A DNA stretch of 64,000 bases from assembly GCA_965226775.1 (NCBI GenBank), contig CBDDEI010000002.1:18479-82478 (forward strand). Reading direction: 5' to 3'. Made by a program: the position numbers and the translations under genes. A model generated the notes under the pieces. It was given only the letters and a program-made list of their open reading frames with translations, made no database searches and was not told where the DNA came from. Below are positions 62,209-64,000 of this stretch, in pieces; positions within the stretch are counted from its first letter, which is position 1; each line of letters opens with the position of its first letter. This DNA comes from Dehalococcoidia bacterium (GTDB taxonomy: Bacteria > Chloroflexota > Dehalococcoidia > SHYD01).

Positions 62209-63486
62209 CTAAAGCGGCCTTAACTGACCGCTGCCCCGGATAATCCACTTATAGGTAGTAAGCTCTTCCAGCCCCATGGGGCCGCGGGCGTGGAACTTCT
62301 GCGTGCTAATGCCTACCTCTGCGCCTAGGCCAAACTGCGCGCCGTCGGTGAACTGGGTGCTGGCATTCACGTAGACCGCTGCGGCGTCCACTTCCCGTAG
62401 GAAGCGTTGGGCCGCGCTGTAGTCCTCGGTAAGGATTGCTTCCGAATGCCCCGAACCGTAGCGCTCGATGTGCGACAGCGCGCCGTCCAAGTCGTCCACC
62501 ACCTTGATGGCTGCCGTGAGGGCCAGGAACTCCTTACCCCAATCCTCCTCTGAAGCGGGTTGCACCGTTGCGCCCTCCGCGGAAGCGAGGATGTTCAGCG
62601 AAGAGGGATCGCAGTGGAGCTGGACACCCTCTGAAGCAAGCCGCTGTGCCAGAGAGGGCAGGAACGCATCCGCAACCTGTTGGTGCACCAGCAGCGTGTC
62701 CAACGCATTGCAAATAGTGGGACGCCGGCACTTAGCGTTCACCACAATCTCCAGCGCCTGCGCCAGGTCTGCGTCGCTATCAACATAGGTGTGGCAGACC
62801 CCGATGCCGCCGGCCACTACGGGCATTGCGGCGGTCTCCGCTACGTAGCGGATGAGATCCGCACCGCCGCGGGGAATCAGCAGATCGATGGACTCCTTCA
62901 TCTGGAGCATCTTGGCTACCAGGCTGCGGTCGGAGTCGGAAATAAGTTGCACGGCTCCCTCGGGCACACCTGCGGCGTTGCACGCCTCCTGGATAACCGC
63001 TACCAGCGCGATGTTCGATTGCAGCGCTTCCGAGCCGCCACGCAGGATAGCCGCATTGCCCGACTTGAGGCAGAGCACGGCGATATCTACCGAAACATTT
63101 GGACGGCTCTCGTAGATGGAGCCGATAACGCCCAGGGGCACCCGTACCCGCCCGACTTCTAGGCCATTAGCCAGTGTACGTTGGTCCATCAGCCGGCCCA
63201 CGGGATCCGGCAGGGCAGCCACGGTCCGCACGTCTTTCGCCATGTTCTCCAACCGCTGCGGGTTGAGGAGCAGCCGGTCCAGCATCGCCTCGGAGAGGCC
63301 GGTCTTTTGGGCCGCGGTGTAGTCCGCCGCGTTGGCGCGGAGTATAGCCTCCTGGTGAGCCAGCAGTCCCTGGGCTATGCCCTCCAACGCCCGGTTCTTC
63401 ACCTCCGTGGAGAGGACGGCCAGCTTGCGGGAGGCCGCCTTAGCGGCGGCGCCCAGGGCAGCGAGGTCTATGGTTGTGGTAGCCAT
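62209..63486 (-). CDS. proA: Gamma-glutamyl phosphate reductase
   Basis: VPLGVIGSIYESRPNV, ICNALDTLL, GSGHSEAI, EVGISTQKFHARGPMGL. Confidence 0.97.
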   Translation of the reverse strand: MATTTIDLAALGAAAKAASRKLAVLSTEVKNRALEGIAQGLLAHQEAILRANAADYTAAQKTGLSEAMLDRLLLNPQRLENMAKDVRTVAALPDPVGRLMDQRTLANGLEVGRVRVPLGVIGSIYESRPNVSVDIAVLCLKSGNAAILRGGSEALQSNIALVAVIQEACNAAGVPEGAVQLISDSDRSLVAKMLQMKESIDLLIPRGGADLIRYVAETAAMPVVAGGIGVCHTYVDSDADLAQALEIVVNAKCRRPTICNALDTLLVHQQVADAFLPSLAQRLASEGVQLHCDPSSLNILASAEGATVQPASEEDWGKEFLALTAAIKVVDDLDGALSHIERYGSGHSEAILTEDYSAAQRFLREVDAAAVYVNASTQFTDGAQFGLGAEVGISTQKFHARGPMGLEELTTYKWIIRGSGQLRPL

Positions 63487-63513
63487 TATGCACTCTATCT
63501 TACCAGCTTCCAC

Positions 63514-64000
63514 CGCTAATCGCCTATCCTTGCATGCGGCGGTTCTCCCTCACCCTAACCCTCTCCCAGAGGGAGAGGGGAGCGCATCCCCGCCCCTCGT
63601 AGTTCGACAAGCTCACTACGAACGGACTCGCCGTCGGCCCTCCACCGCTCCCCCCGCCCCTCGTCCGCTACCATGGTGAGCCATGGTGAGCCTTCCTTCG
63701 CTAATCGCCTATCCTTGCACGCGGCGGTTCTCCCTCACCCTAACCCTCTCCCAGAGGGAGAGGGGAGCGCGTCCCCGCCCCTCGTAGTTCGACAAGCTCA
63801 CTACGAACGGACTCGCCGTCGGCCCTCCACCACTCCCCCCGTTCCGCTCATGGTGAGCCTTCCTTCGCTAATCGCCTATCCTTGCACGCGGCGGTTCTCC
63901 CTCACCCTAACCCTCTCCCAGAGGGAGAGGGGAGCGCATCCCGCCCCTCGTTCGACAAGCTCCTACGAACGGACCGCGCCCTCCACTCCCCCCGTTCCGC
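63514..64000. repeat. Tandem array of at least three composite ~167-185 bp units containing the BoxC-like palindrome
   Basis: Units start at 63514, 63699 and 63866; palindrome at 63547, 63732 and 63899; second motif GTTCGACAAGCTCACTACGAACGG. Confidence 0.92.

Noticed and set aside
63514-64000. CRISPR array
   Set aside because: Units are 167-185 bp with near-identical intervening sequence; no unique spacers and no cas genes in the window.

Overview
GC-rich bacterial chromosome segment. Gene content suggests Chloroflexota (Dehalococcoidia/SAR202-like), possibly host-associated; this is inference only. (1) 1-19.1 kb: tandem array of four large exported proteins with different N-terminal cargo (cadherin repeats; LRR; PEP-synthase-type ATP-grasp plus cadherins; kexin-like subtilase). 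All four end in a Gly/(PT)n linker and a nearly identical ~372-aa C-terminal module (ZU5/GAIN-like domain plus two Fn3-like domains). Only the protease copy keeps an H-L-S autoproteolysis-type motif. A lipoprotein resembling a separately encoded protease prodomain precedes the protease. (2) ~19.7-26.5 kb: decayed integrative/satellite-like element at tRNA-Asn, with a cysteine desulfurase remnant, an intact PLD nuclease, an interrupted primase-helicase with iteron-like 9-mers and a recombinase tail. (3) 26.6-63.5 kb: mostly housekeeping genes (rnpB, pcrA, iscS/iscU, EF-G-like, tRNA-Lys, tRNA-Leu, oppDF, proA), plus a catalytically dead large serine recombinase, a ppx / two TMK-like / sixA polyphosphate operon, and a tandemly duplicated 591-bp unit in which a DUF559 nuclease gene is bracketed by a 34-bp palindromic repeat that recurs without the gene at 63.5-64 kb. 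Best candidates for an undescribed system: the DUF559/palindrome element and the modular surface-display array. All domain calls come from motif recognition by eye; no database searches were run.
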